Shown: positions 8,493-18,385 of the stretch, piece by piece
How positions within the stretch are numbered: position 1 is the first letter of the stretch
Layout: the number at the start of each line of letters is the position of its first letter
Virus record (IMG/VR): IMGVR_UViG_3300030376_000749
Span: 1-39,264 of that record
Source: a virus
Taxonomy: Duplodnaviria > Caudoviricetes
Direction: 5' to 3' (one strand)
DNA length: 39,264 nucleotides
Translations under genes and position numbers: made by a program
Notes under the pieces: model-generated
Told to the model about the DNA's origin: nothing
Seen by the model: only the letters and a program-made list of their open reading frames with translations
Databases searched by the model: none

Positions 8493-9620
8493 CTATATCT
8501 CCTTCTTGTTATAAAGAACTGACCAATCTGATTGATTGCAGAACAGCCCTATTGACCAACACAGAGGCTCCAGTAGCCTTCTGTACACTTTACCCAGATA
8601 ATCTGGTTTATCTCTCTCACCGTAAATGTAGGCAATCTCATTAGCTCTGTGACCTGCGACATGTTTCCAGAACTTTACAAACTTACCCTTACGCATTTGT
8701 TTAACCATCCACACAGCCCAGACGTGATATCCGTTGACGTGTGTTGGCGTTAAGTAATCTCTTGTGAACTTATAATCCAATATAACTTGCTTGCGTGTCA
8801 TGATGCCTTGTCGCATTAATTCGTTACAAATCACTCGACCACCAAATTCATTACCCAGCAATCTTCCGAAAAAACCACCGACAGGACCAAACAATGCCGT
8901 ACCAGCCACACCAAGTATAGTTGTGGCTCCAGCCGCCTTAACTGCTTTTACTGGGTCTTTTCCAGTCAGTAGATTTAAACCAAAACTTACCGCACCAGCA
9001 CCAGCGTTTGACATCCAGTTTGCTCTACCTGATTCTGTTCCAAATCTTAATAAGTCTCCACTTGTTGGTTCTGATGGAATAGTAAGATTTACATCACCTA
9101 CTGTCTGTGTAGAACTGACTGGTCTAAACATTTCAGTTTCAACCATTTCACCTTTAGGTCTAAGAAAGCTAGTCGTAGAAGAGTCACTTAAACCCTTACC
9201 ACCCATAGTCTTGAAACCCTCTACACCAGCACCAAGTACATCTAAATCTCCACTGCTTGCAAGTTGCGTGCCAAGTGCCGCACCTGTTGACAGAGCAAGT
9301 GGCATTGCCACGTTACGGACAATCTCTGCTGTGGATGGCATTTCATTTTGAGCTTGTGGATTATTTTCAAGAAACTCTTCATATCTATCAAGCATTTCAG
9401 TATCTGCTGGGTCGTCAGGATTAAATGAACCTTGTCCAGTTTGAATACGCTGAACCCACTGAAACATTGGCATTGCATCCGTTCCATACACATCTTGTAG
9501 ATTTGGACCAGTGTAGGTGTTAGCTTGAACTCCATAAATTGGGTATGTAAATGATCCGTCATCCTGCTCAACCGCAGATAACGCTCCGTAGTTACTCAAA
9601 GTGTATGGGTTTATTGCCAT
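8493..9620 (-). CDS. Putative internal virion protein with C-terminal VIC...GY..WA domain (CFI-box-CTERM-like)
   Basis: Gly-rich hydrophobic segment followed by GGRVICNELMRQG...NGYHVWAVWMVKQM; GGAG RBS. Confidence 0.6.
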   Translation of the reverse strand: MAINPYTLSNYGALSAVEQDDGSFTYPIYGVQANTYTGPNLQDVYGTDAMPMFQWVQRIQTGQGSFNPDDPADTEMLDRYEEFLENNPQAQNEMPSTAEIVRNVAMPLALSTGAALGTQLASSGDLDVLGAGVEGFKTMGGKGLSDSSTTSFLRPKGEMVETEMFRPVSSTQTVGDVNLTIPSEPTSGDLLRFGTESGRANWMSNAGAGAVSFGLNLLTGKDPVKAVKAAGATTILGVAGTALFGPVGGFFGRLLGNEFGGRVICNELMRQGIMTRKQVILDYKFTRDYLTPTHVNGYHVWAVWMVKQMRKGKFVKFWKHVAGHRANEIAYIYGERDKPDYLGKVYRRLLEPLCWSIGLFCNQSDWSVLYNKKEI

Positions 9621-9629
9621 TATATTCTC

Positions 9630-9953
9630 CTAACTAATCTCTAACACACTTACGACAACATGCAATCTATTTGCCGTAGCCGCTGTAAACTTTAAAACTT
9701 CACTCTCCTGAACAACCAAGGGAGCGGTCAGTAACTCAACTGTTGTATTTGCCGCCACCGCCTTGACTTTAAATAAACTAAATACAGCACTGTCTGTATC
9801 TGTAATTGTCGCAGTTATCGTATCTGCGTTCCCTGAATCTTCACTTACCAGAATACTCTTAACAATGCTAGTCGTAGCCGCTGGAGCTGTATAGACAGTT
9901 GTTGCGTCTGTGCTTGTTAAGTCTGCCTTTGCATTTTTATAATTATTTGCCAT
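9630..9953 (-). CDS. Small beta-rich virion (tail/needle-associated) protein
   Basis: MANNYKNAKADLTSTDATTVYTAP pattern typical of podovirus tail clusters. Confidence 0.6.
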   Translation of the reverse strand: MANNYKNAKADLTSTDATTVYTAPAATTSIVKSILVSEDSGNADTITATITDTDSAVFSLFKVKAVAANTTVELLTAPLVVQESEVLKFTAATANRLHVVVSVLEIS

Positions 9954-10133
9954 CTACGCTATAAACCACGCTACTGCTTCCGCTTGGTTTACTGCATTAG
10001 TTAAACCAATACTTGCCGCAAAATATGTTGACTGCTTTTCAAGCTCCAGTGTATTTACCAGTCGAGCCATGTAACCTTCTTCATACTTTTCTGGAGGAGT
10101 GGGAAGCCTTAGTAGTGTCGCTGACGAACTCAT
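9954..10133 (-). CDS. 59-aa tail-cluster protein (MSSSATLLRLPTPPEKYEEGYMARLVNTLE...AWFIA)
   Basis: Hand-translated; ATGA overlap with the nozzle stop; ends adjacent to the next ATG. Confidence 0.7.
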   Translation of the reverse strand: MSSSATLLRLPTPPEKYEEGYMARLVNTLELEKQSTYFAASIGLTNAVNQAEAVAWFIA

Positions 10134-12253
10134 CTTAAACTATCCTCCCTGGCGTTAATTCTAAAATCTCCGATAGACCATTCGTCTGTCGTGCCAGAAC
10201 TATATATCTTCATTGCAATCTGTCTACCCTTAGCCCTTGTAGAAACTTTCTGAGTTGTGCTTGTTATTGTAAACGGACCTTTAGTCACTTCAGTTGCATT
10301 CGGGTATTTTCTGGCATTTAAATCAACATACAAAGATGTATCTGAACTCATTGTCACGTCTGGAATAATTTTATCAACCATAAACAGACGCTCACCATTC
10401 TGAGTAATTTCTCGTGGCGAAGACTCAATAAATGAGTTCATCGCTGAACCGTTGTCAGTTAAACCTGTCTCGTGGTTGTACAGTAACCCATTAGCATCAA
10501 AGGCAAACGGAACTTCCCTAGCACCAAAACTATCCAGCCAAACAGTTCTATCCATCGTTCCGATAGTCCAAGCATTTTCCACATAGTTGTATGTGACGTA
10601 AGAATCTGGCTCTGGGTTTATTGTTCCTGCTGAATTATCATTACTGACATAGAACCATGTGATTTCTTTAAATTTCTTGTTGTGTCCTACAACTACCTTA
10701 TCAATATAGTCGGTCTGCATTCTGTCAAATACATAATACTGAACTGGGCAGACCAATTCCTTAACAACACCATTATATGTAAAGAAGTTTCTACGCCCCA
10801 TCCAGAAAACATTTCCGTCAATGTTTATCATTGTGTTTAGTCCAGCCGCCCCAGCATCAGTGGCAAGCAATCTGAAGCTAAATATAAATGGTGCGCCTAC
10901 AAAGGTCATTCCGTAAATAGCCTCGTCTGTAGATATAATTGTCTCCTCACGAGAGCTAACCATAGTGACAATCTTTGTGCCAATTTGCAGACGCTGGTCA
11001 CCAGCAGTGTTTAAGGCTGTCGGTGTAAATACTGTAAAATCTTCTTGATTAGACCAACGTACCAACATCGGGTCGAAGTTACCCCCACCGCCAACTGCAT
11101 ACTCCTGACAACCTCCAGCTATAAAGTGCCTGTCAGGAAAGCTAATAGTAGATGTGCGTACAACATTGGGAACACCTGCCGCGTTTGCTATTTCAGAAAC
11201 TAAAGATGCCCTGTTGCCTATGCCACCAGATGTATCCCAGTAGTAAATAGCCCCTCCACGGACAACAGCAATTAAATCTTCACCCCATAAATCTAAATCC
11301 CAAGATGAATTTTCTAGAGAAACATCGGAGCTACTTTCCGCACGAGGTGTACCCCATGTGCTAGCTCCCCAGGCTCCAGCTCCCCAACCCAGTGCAGGGT
11401 TAGCTGACTGAGATCCTAGACCAGCCGCATTTCCAATAAGGTAATCTATTGCAATTGCGTTGCCTCCACCAGCAGACACAGTAGACGTAGCCGCGTTAGG
11501 TGCAGTTATTGTGTATGTGTTTGTTGTAACAGCAGTAATTTGATAACCAGCTTTTCTGTTTAAATTTTCTGCTGTTATACCACCGACAGCGACAGCTCCT
11601 CTAAATACAACAAAGTCACCAACAATTGCACCGTGACCGCTGTCAGTAATAGTCAGTGTTGTGCTTTCATCTGTAGTTGCAATTGGTGCTATTAGAACTT
11701 GAGTTACTGCGACACCGCTACTATGAGTAGCCGCTGATGTGCTGTTAGTTCCTCGCGTACATCCTGTTAAAGTAAGTGTGCTAATGCCTGTGTACGTTAT
11801 TATTTCATTTTCTATTTTTACAACACCAGCAGTCTTAAATCCAGTGACACTTGCTAAATCAATTTCAGTTTCACTATTATCTAATGCCTCAGTTGTGGTT
11901 GTCGCCTGATCTGTTTTGTCTCTCAAAGGCGTTACATCATACAGAGTTCCGTTTTCCACAATGTACAGGTGGTTATGCGTGCCAACACCAATTCTGTCTT
12001 CACCATCTGTAGACGCACGCCAGAATACCATTTTTCTTGCAATCCCCTGTAGAGATGTCGTGTCAGATGTTATTGTGCCAGCGGAGTCTAACTTTAATAG
12101 AGGATCATTAACCCACCCACCTATTTTTGTTGGGTATCCATTTTTAAACCGAACAAGATTTCCGTCAACCCAGAAAGGTCCGTTCTTGCCAGCACTGTAC
12201 TCAGTAATGTCTTTAACAATGCCTGGTTTAAATTGTAGTAACTGTAACGTCAT
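10130..12253 (-). CDS. Tail nozzle / packaged-DNA stabilisation protein (tail tubular B, P22 gp10-like)
   Basis: 707 aa, beta-propeller-like Trp/Gly pattern (FKPGIVK, LVRWSNQED, RAKGRQ) with Thr-rich inserts. Confidence 0.7.
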   Translation of the reverse strand: MTLQLLQFKPGIVKDITEYSAGKNGPFWVDGNLVRFKNGYPTKIGGWVNDPLLKLDSAGTITSDTTSLQGIARKMVFWRASTDGEDRIGVGTHNHLYIVENGTLYDVTPLRDKTDQATTTTEALDNSETEIDLASVTGFKTAGVVKIENEIITYTGISTLTLTGCTRGTNSTSAATHSSGVAVTQVLIAPIATTDESTTLTITDSGHGAIVGDFVVFRGAVAVGGITAENLNRKAGYQITAVTTNTYTITAPNAATSTVSAGGGNAIAIDYLIGNAAGLGSQSANPALGWGAGAWGASTWGTPRAESSSDVSLENSSWDLDLWGEDLIAVVRGGAIYYWDTSGGIGNRASLVSEIANAAGVPNVVRTSTISFPDRHFIAGGCQEYAVGGGGNFDPMLVRWSNQEDFTVFTPTALNTAGDQRLQIGTKIVTMVSSREETIISTDEAIYGMTFVGAPFIFSFRLLATDAGAAGLNTMINIDGNVFWMGRRNFFTYNGVVKELVCPVQYYVFDRMQTDYIDKVVVGHNKKFKEITWFYVSNDNSAGTINPEPDSYVTYNYVENAWTIGTMDRTVWLDSFGAREVPFAFDANGLLYNHETGLTDNGSAMNSFIESSPREITQNGERLFMVDKIIPDVTMSSDTSLYVDLNARKYPNATEVTKGPFTITSTTQKVSTRAKGRQIAMKIYSSGTTDEWSIGDFRINAREDSLR

Positions 12254-12762
12254 TCAATAAGCCCCAACGCCTGTTCTTTAGTTTCATCGTTTCGTCTTAG
12301 CCAACCACGCCCAAACGTGTCAAAGGTACTGAGGTCTCTGTAAAACTTATCACGCATGTGGTGCATTTGCTCTACTATCTCTGCTGGCTCCACTTCAGCA
12401 ACTGCCTGTAGTGTCATTGGACCTATACCACCGTCTTGCTCTACACCTACAATACGTTGTAGTGCCTTAGCCGCTCGACTTGTTCCGCTATTCACACCCC
12501 AATCGAAGCAACTCCAGTCAACCCCAGAAGGAAGATCGTCTGCCCGAAGCCTATTCCAATAATTTTCTTTGTATATAGGATACACATCATCGTGGGTAAG
12601 ACCTTCCATCTCACCATCCATAACTTGCCGACCTACATACTGCTCGTAAACTGCGCGTGTTACACCGAGGTTAGTTTCACCTCCAGGGTCACTGGGATGA
12701 TTTATGTATCCCCCTTCGTGTTCCAGCAACCAACCCATGCACTGTTCAAAGTTTTGCCTCAT
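12250..12762 (-). CDS. Endolysin, glycoside hydrolase family 108 with PG-binding domain
   Basis: HEGGYINHPSDPGGETNLGVT, FDWGVNSG, DGGIGPMTL, FGRGWLRR. Confidence 0.93.
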   Translation of the reverse strand: MRQNFEQCMGWLLEHEGGYINHPSDPGGETNLGVTRAVYEQYVGRQVMDGEMEGLTHDDVYPIYKENYWNRLRADDLPSGVDWSCFDWGVNSGTSRAAKALQRIVGVEQDGGIGPMTLQAVAEVEPAEIVEQMHHMRDKFYRDLSTFDTFGRGWLRRNDETKEQALGLIE

Positions 12763-13223
12763 TTTGCGTTCTTTCTTAGTTTAGCAAACTGACGTGATCC
12801 AAACCAGAAACTAATAATACTGGTGAATAGTAAGTTTGTGTCGTCATTCCATATAGCTTGTGCCGCATCGTTAAATGAAACACCTGTACTCATAGAATAA
12901 AATAAGCCACTAATTTTTACAGTCAGAAACAAACCCACAAATAAATATGTTACAACTGGTCGTACCGATCCTGATAAAGCTGCCGCAAATCCAGACTTGG
13001 CGTTTGCCGCTGCCATTGCCTTGTATATACCCTCTGATTCAGCAATGTCTGCCTTGGCATCTAGCTCATCTAACTTCAGGGAAGATAGCTGTGCCGCGTA
13101 CTTACCCTTAGCTTCGAGCATTTTAAGCTCTTGGGCATCTTTCTGTCTCTGCTGAAATAAATCAAGGATTGAGGGGATTATCGATGTTCCGAAGCCAAGT
13201 GCCGCTCCTAATAGTGATAACAT
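12759..13223 (-). CDS. Holin (3TM/GTA-holin-like)
   Basis: SVRPVVTY and IISFWFGSR motifs; TM segments; overlaps the endolysin start. Confidence 0.75.
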   Translation of the reverse strand: MLSLLGAALGFGTSIIPSILDLFQQRQKDAQELKMLEAKGKYAAQLSSLKLDELDAKADIAESEGIYKAMAAANAKSGFAAALSGSVRPVVTYLFVGLFLTVKISGLFYSMSTGVSFNDAAQAIWNDDTNLLFTSIISFWFGSRQFAKLRKNAK

Positions 13224-13232
13224 TTTAAACTC

Positions 13233-13556
13233 CTACTTTAATTTAGTTTTAGATAAGGCTGTAGCCCCCATAAAACCAACAACAACTCCTAATTGAGCTA
13301 CAATAAATGTATTTAAAAAACCTGACGCGGTGGCAACTCTGTCTATAGCCACAACTGGAGTTAATAAGACAATGACCGCTACAATCGTTACAACCATTGC
13401 AATCCACGCCATCATGCGTTGCGTGTCAGCCAACTTATCTTCGTTCTCCAGGCGAATCCATCTTTCGTGACGATCCATTTCGTCGTCAGTTATAATTCCG
13501 TCGCCATCGGCATCTGCCATTGCGTATTTACTGTTTTCTTGTAATTTTTTACCCAT
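13233..13556 (-). CDS. Membrane protein with EF-hand-like loop
   Basis: DADGDGIITDDE loop followed by two TM helices. Confidence 0.7.
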   Translation of the reverse strand: MGKKLQENSKYAMADADGDGIITDDEMDRHERWIRLENEDKLADTQRMMAWIAMVVTIVAVIVLLTPVVAIDRVATASGFLNTFIVAQLGVVVGFMGATALSKTKLK

Positions 13557-13709
13557 TTAAAGTTTCCATAACATTCCTGCCAGGAGGACAATAATTGTTC
13601 CAGCAGTGCCAATTAAAATAGCCTCAATTCGCTTAATGCGAATTATGGTTTCCTTCCAACGCTCCTCTAATTGCACTTCCACAACTGTAATCCTCTCAGC
13701 TAATTTCAC
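13557..13709 (-). CDS. 50-aa coiled-coil protein with C-terminal TM (MKLAERITVVEVQLEERWKETIIRIKRIEAILIGTAGTIIVLLAGMLWKL)
   Basis: Hand-translated; GTGA overlap with the upstream stop; fills the gap. Confidence 0.65.
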   Translation of the reverse strand: MKLAERITVVEVQLEERWKETIIRIKRIEAILIGTAGTIIVLLAGMLWKL

Positions 13710-13942
13710 GACGCTAACTCTTCAACCTCTTCTTCAGGCTTTAAAGATTCAGCAAGTTTAGCCCTCATAACACTAAGAGCCGCCAACTTTTGATCCATTT
13801 GAAACTGGAGGTTGTTTTGTTGAGCCTCTAAATCTTTAATTTGAGTAATTAAATATTTGGACGAATAGGATAAAGATTTTTCTGTAAACTCTTGCCCATT
13901 AATTGTAATTACATTTTCTTTAACTTCTTCTTTTTTAGCCAT
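13706..13942 (-). CDS. Small coiled-coil protein downstream of the tail fibre
   Basis: AGGGAG RBS; ITINGQEF..coiled-coil pattern. Confidence 0.7.
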   Translation of the reverse strand: MAKKEEVKENVITINGQEFTEKSLSYSSKYLITQIKDLEAQQNNLQFQMDQKLAALSVMRAKLAESLKPEEEVEELAS

Positions 13943-13971
13943 AATTTTCTCCCTTTGTTATGGTTCTATGC

Positions 13972-14316
13972 CTACCAAGGCATTCCTGTTGAATTAGCAT
14001 CTTTATCAGCTACTTGTGCTGTTACCTTGTCTTGACGCACTTTCTCAACACGAGCTTTAGCTTGAGAGGCTGTTTCACTACCTTCAATTAAACTTTTGTA
14101 CACCCATCCAAGAACATCAGATTCTTTTAATGATGCGTAAGCTATAAAATCGCCAGAAGATGAGTCGGGATTGCATTTAAGTTTACCGCCATCTGATGCT
14201 ACACAATCAGGTTTATCATTGTCACTGACGATGCAACTCCAATATACTAATTCAACACCTCCTGTTGAGGTATTACGCTCCATATTAATAACACTCCAAG
14301 TTGTTGTTTGTGCCAT
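13972..14316 (-). CDS. Tail-fibre-associated (assembly) protein
   Basis: TWSVINMER..FIAYASLKESDVLGWV..GMPW; immediately follows the fibre gene. Confidence 0.65.
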   Translation of the reverse strand: MAQTTTWSVINMERNTSTGGVELVYWSCIVSDNDKPDCVASDGGKLKCNPDSSSGDFIAYASLKESDVLGWVYKSLIEGSETASQAKARVEKVRQDKVTAQVADKDANSTGMPW

Positions 14317-14320
14317 TTAT

Positions 14321-17300
14321 TTATCCTTCTAATGTTGTTATTCTAGCTTCTAATTCTTGTATGGTTTTTACAAGTAAAGGTACTAGTTTACTATAATCCA
14401 GACCTTGTGGATCTATCTCTCCAGCTTCGTGATGTCCGTCAGGATGTACTGCGTCTTTCTCACCAGCAACCGCTTCGGGTACAACACTACTAACTTCGTG
14501 TGCTAAGAATCCATCAAGAGTTGTGTTTGTATCATCAGCTATCCAGTTAAACCGTTTTGGTTTTAGTTGTTTTAGTCTAGCTGTAGCATTTGTCATGTCT
14601 GCCACGTTTTCTTTAAGGCGATAGTCTGAAGATGTAACGTAAGCTGTAGAAGCTGCACTTGTAGTAATACGACCAACAAGTGAGCCAGTAGCGTTATCAA
14701 ACTCTATAGCATTAAATCCGTTTGTACCTATCTTAATACCCATTGCTGTAGAATCAGCTTGGCCTGTAATGTAAAATAAATCTGTTGGATCGCAATTTAT
14801 ACCAACCTTACCAGAACCAGCACCAGCATCAACTTTAAGTAAATTTGCAAGACCTGAACCTTCAACTCTAAAGTTTATATCTTGACCACCTTCATTAAAT
14901 ACTGTTTCAGTGGGAAGAAAATCTAAACGATTTCTATTTGTTCCATTAACTATAGTAGAAATGACCAGACTACCATCTTCTGTACCAGAAGTTACATCTT
15001 CCATATATACGTTAATATTCGCATAATTTTCAGCGTTACCAGAACTATCCTTACCTAAGAAATTTAGTTGTACTACTCCGTCACCATCTGCTGGACTACT
15101 AGTATTTTTCATAAAGTCTAATCTTACACCACTTGCATCAGCATTAGTGTTTACAAACCTTGTATTAGTTGCCCCACCAGAACCAGCGTTTGTTACTTGT
15201 AAAGTATCACCAGTTTCAGAAATCGCACCCCCAATACTAACCTGATCATTGCCACCATCAACAAACAACATATTAGCATTGCCGTTAGACTCAACGCGGA
15301 AGTCTAAGTCTACGGAGTTATCATTTACAACAGTTTCGGCTCCGTCTAAAAGAATCCTTGAAGTGCCTTCTGTACCAGCAACAACAGTTGCAAACTCTAA
15401 TCGCCCATCTTCTGTTCCAGCAGAAACATCTACAGTTCTAGCTTCTATTTGTGCATAATTGTGCATAGCCAGATCAGTGTTATCGTTTCTAAAACGAATA
15501 ACGCCCATTACGTCATTATCTCCAGGAACGTTACCCGCATCTCTGGTCAAGTCTAAAATTGGACCTTCGCTAGTGTTAGTGCTTGTACAAGCAAGAACAA
15601 GGTTTACGCTATTGTCAGATGTTTCTACGTTAAGAGCGCCTCCGTGATCTGTTCCAGTTCCGATGTTTACATGGTCACTACCACCATCAACAAAGAGCAT
15701 ATTAGCATTGCCGTTAGACTCAACACGAAAGTCTAGGTCTACACTTCCATTATTAATTACAAATTCATCTGGTGTAATTTCTAGTGCAATATGTGATGCG
15801 CCAGCTTTCATCATACTAAGTTGTAATTGTGCATCTTCTGAACCATCTGTAACATCTGGTGTAAAAGTAAAAATACGAGCCGCTACAAAATCTTGAGAAT
15901 TATCATTACGCCCTTCAAAATCAATAGTACCTAAAAAATCATTATCCGCTGGACTGGAAGAATTTCTATAAAGCCTAAGATTAGGACCAGAGTTTGCATC
16001 TCCATCAGTTGATTCAAGCGTTAAAGTATCGCTGTTATCTGCGTGTTGGATATAAGCATTTCCGCTAACATTAAGCACAGCACCTAAATCCGTGGAAGTC
16101 ATAATGTTTACATGGTTGTTGCCACCATCTACAAATAAGGCATAAGTAGCACCGTTAGATTCAACACGGAAGTCTAAATCAACAGAATCTTCGTTAAAAA
16201 CCGTTTCAGCAGCACGATAACCAACTCTTTCTCTTAAAGTTCCACCAATTATTGTATCAATGACATATGCAACATCTTCAGTTCCATCAGATACGTCTTG
16301 TAGTACACCGTCTATTCTAATACCTTCAGTTTGTTCACCAGCATCATTATCAAATAAATATCGTATACGACCTATATTATCCCCATCAGCAGGGCTTGCA
16401 CTATCTCTTGTCAAATCAAAACGAGGCCCAGCAGAAGCATCTGCGTCTGTAGATTTTAATGTAAGTTGTGTGGTGTTATCAGCAGTTGTAATAGTAGCAC
16501 CAGCAGAAGATGTAATAGCACCATCAACTTGCAACGTAGAAGCCATGTCTACAGCACCATCAATATCCACCACGTCTAGGTTAGCTGTACCGTCTACGTC
16601 TATATCACCTGTGACAGTTAAGTTGCCACCAGAAGATAGCGTCATTTTTGTAGTTGCCGCCTCAGATGCACCAGTCATAAAGTTTAAGCTAGTGGCATTG
16701 CTTGATGAGCTAAAGTCACCCTCGGATATAGCCTGTATAGCCGCAGAAACAAGAATAGCATCTGTGCCTGTACCCTCATTAGGAGCCTGGAAGTTTATTT
16801 TTCCTATTACATCGTCAGCCGCAATATCAGCTTCAGCCGTTTGCAAATATATATTTGCAGTGCTACCGTCACCAGTTCCAGCATTTTTAACAAAAAGGTT
16901 TGTCGCTACATTTAAATCTGTAAGTAAATCTAAAACTGCCCCACCAGAACCAGCTCCGTCTGTCGCAACCATCTTAACGTGACCGTTGGGAATATTTATA
17001 GTCGCACCAGTTCCTTGCTTAATTGTTATAATCTGGCTTCCACTGGTTGCGTTCTCTATTATCCAAACTTTAGAAACAGTGTTTGGGGCGAGAGTAATTA
17101 CCCTGGTTGTAGTTAAATCTGCACTTGAAATAATTTTAAGGTAAAATGACCTCGCTGCATCAGACGCACCGTCTGCCATTGTTATTGTTGTATCTGCATT
17201 TCCTATAGTTTCAGTGCCATAGCCAAAAGCCTCACCGATCAATTCTAGGTTTGTGTTTGTTACTGTACCCCATGACCCTGACGCATCGCCTGTAGCCATC

Positions 17301-17338
17301 TCGTTAAGTCTGAGGTCATTTACATAGGTACTAGCCAT
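14321..17338 (-). CDS. Tail fibre with four internal repeat modules and C-terminal intramolecular chaperone (peptidase S74)
   Basis: MASTY..GSWGTVTNTN head; repeated DLDFRVESNG; TSSDYRLKENV cleavage motif; GFLAHEV; DYSKLVPLLVKTIQEL. Confidence 0.9.
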   Translation of the reverse strand: MASTYVNDLRLNEMATGDASGSWGTVTNTNLELIGEAFGYGTETIGNADTTITMADGASDAARSFYLKIISSADLTTTRVITLAPNTVSKVWIIENATSGSQIITIKQGTGATINIPNGHVKMVATDGAGSGGAVLDLLTDLNVATNLFVKNAGTGDGSTANIYLQTAEADIAADDVIGKINFQAPNEGTGTDAILVSAAIQAISEGDFSSSSNATSLNFMTGASEAATTKMTLSSGGNLTVTGDIDVDGTANLDVVDIDGAVDMASTLQVDGAITSSAGATITTADNTTQLTLKSTDADASAGPRFDLTRDSASPADGDNIGRIRYLFDNDAGEQTEGIRIDGVLQDVSDGTEDVAYVIDTIIGGTLRERVGYRAAETVFNEDSVDLDFRVESNGATYALFVDGGNNHVNIMTSTDLGAVLNVSGNAYIQHADNSDTLTLESTDGDANSGPNLRLYRNSSSPADNDFLGTIDFEGRNDNSQDFVAARIFTFTPDVTDGSEDAQLQLSMMKAGASHIALEITPDEFVINNGSVDLDFRVESNGNANMLFVDGGSDHVNIGTGTDHGGALNVETSDNSVNLVLACTSTNTSEGPILDLTRDAGNVPGDNDVMGVIRFRNDNTDLAMHNYAQIEARTVDVSAGTEDGRLEFATVVAGTEGTSRILLDGAETVVNDNSVDLDFRVESNGNANMLFVDGGNDQVSIGGAISETGDTLQVTNAGSGGATNTRFVNTNADASGVRLDFMKNTSSPADGDGVVQLNFLGKDSSGNAENYANINVYMEDVTSGTEDGSLVISTIVNGTNRNRLDFLPTETVFNEGGQDINFRVEGSGLANLLKVDAGAGSGKVGINCDPTDLFYITGQADSTAMGIKIGTNGFNAIEFDNATGSLVGRITTSAASTAYVTSSDYRLKENVADMTNATARLKQLKPKRFNWIADDTNTTLDGFLAHEVSSVVPEAVAGEKDAVHPDGHHEAGEIDPQGLDYSKLVPLLVKTIQELEARITTLEG

Positions 17339-17339
17339 A

Positions 17340-17759
17340 TCAATCTATCCTTATTATTGCGTTTGCCCCTGCCGCTGGGAAAACAATTTGAAACGTACCA
17401 CCTGCAACAGTGAAATCACCGCCAAAAGCTAATACGGCAATTGCTTTGTTGCTGTTAGATGAATTATAAATTAAAGCTCCATTAGCCGTGAACGTAGCTG
17501 AAGTCCAACTTGGATCTGCCGCATCAAAGTAAGCTGTCGTGCCACTTGTTGAAACCGCTCTCGATGTAAGCTCAACACCGCCAGTCGCGTAACCGTTGCC
17601 ATTAGCAACCTCATTAGAAGTTGAGTATGCTGTAGTTGATGCTCCTAAACTAGCGGAACTAGTGAAAAGAGCAATTTTTATTGTATCTGCTACAAGGTCA
17701 TGCTGTTCATCTAAAACTTCAGCCTTGAAACTTGTACACATTGCCTGTGATATTGCCAT
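17340..17759 (-). CDS. Virion tail structural protein
   Basis: MAISQAMCTSFK..KIALFTS..NEV..GYATGG..GALIYN conserved pattern. Confidence 0.7.
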   Translation of the reverse strand: MAISQAMCTSFKAEVLDEQHDLVADTIKIALFTSSASLGASTTAYSTSNEVANGNGYATGGVELTSRAVSTSGTTAYFDAADPSWTSATFTANGALIYNSSNSNKAIAVLAFGGDFTVAGGTFQIVFPAAGANAIIRID

Positions 17760-18385
17760 TATATTCCTCCGTTATATTCAGCAGCGTAGTTTCTCTGCAT
17801 TTCCTGCTGTAGCAATTGAATTGCCTCGTCAAATTGTGCCTTGTATAATTGTAACGTATCTGCGGCTTTAAGGAAAGCAGAAGTTTCATACAAACATGCC
17901 GCCAGTAAAGCCGCCTCAGCGTTATCTCCTATCCAAGACGTTGTGTTGCTCGAAGATAGACCAGTCTCTGGAGCGATATAGTCAACCTTGTAAGCGAGAG
18001 TTGCACTGGGTGTTGGTGCAAGGGTAAAAACTGTGCCTGATGTAGACGCAGAATCTGTAGAGTAAATTCTTGGCGTTCCTGTCGTGGATGCGTTAGGCCA
18101 ATAATCTCTTAAATATGAATCAATTCTGTGATCTAAATAAACCACGTTACTACTTGAATCTGTAATGGAAACTTGCCTTATCATTCTTGCAGTCGTCACA
18201 GTGTATTGAGAAGTACCCACAACAAGAGTTCCAGATGCACTTCCCCTGTATGCAGGTAAATTAGGAAGACGTTGGTAAATCATATCCTCAGCCTGGGAAA
18301 TAATTGTATCTATAGAAGTTGTTAATTCTGAAGAATCATCTTCCATAAAATTTTGAATGTTAGTCTTTAGTGCTGAGTAATTCAT
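17759..18385 (-). CDS. Head-tail adaptor protein
   Basis: MNYSALKTNIQNF..G.PRIY..LAPTP..ALLAACL pattern; position in the neck cluster. Confidence 0.7.
   Translation of the reverse strand: MNYSALKTNIQNFMEDDSSELTTSIDTIISQAEDMIYQRLPNLPAYRGSASGTLVVGTSQYTVTTARMIRQVSITDSSSNVVYLDHRIDSYLRDYWPNASTTGTPRIYSTDSASTSGTVFTLAPTPSATLAYKVDYIAPETGLSSSNTTSWIGDNAEAALLAACLYETSAFLKAADTLQLYKAQFDEAIQLLQQEMQRNYAAEYNGGI

Noticed and set aside
15251-15742. Near-identical fibre segments as a DGR template/variable repeat pair
   Set aside because: Both copies are in-frame internal repeats, the differences are mostly synonymous and not adenine-specific, and no reverse transcriptase is in the window
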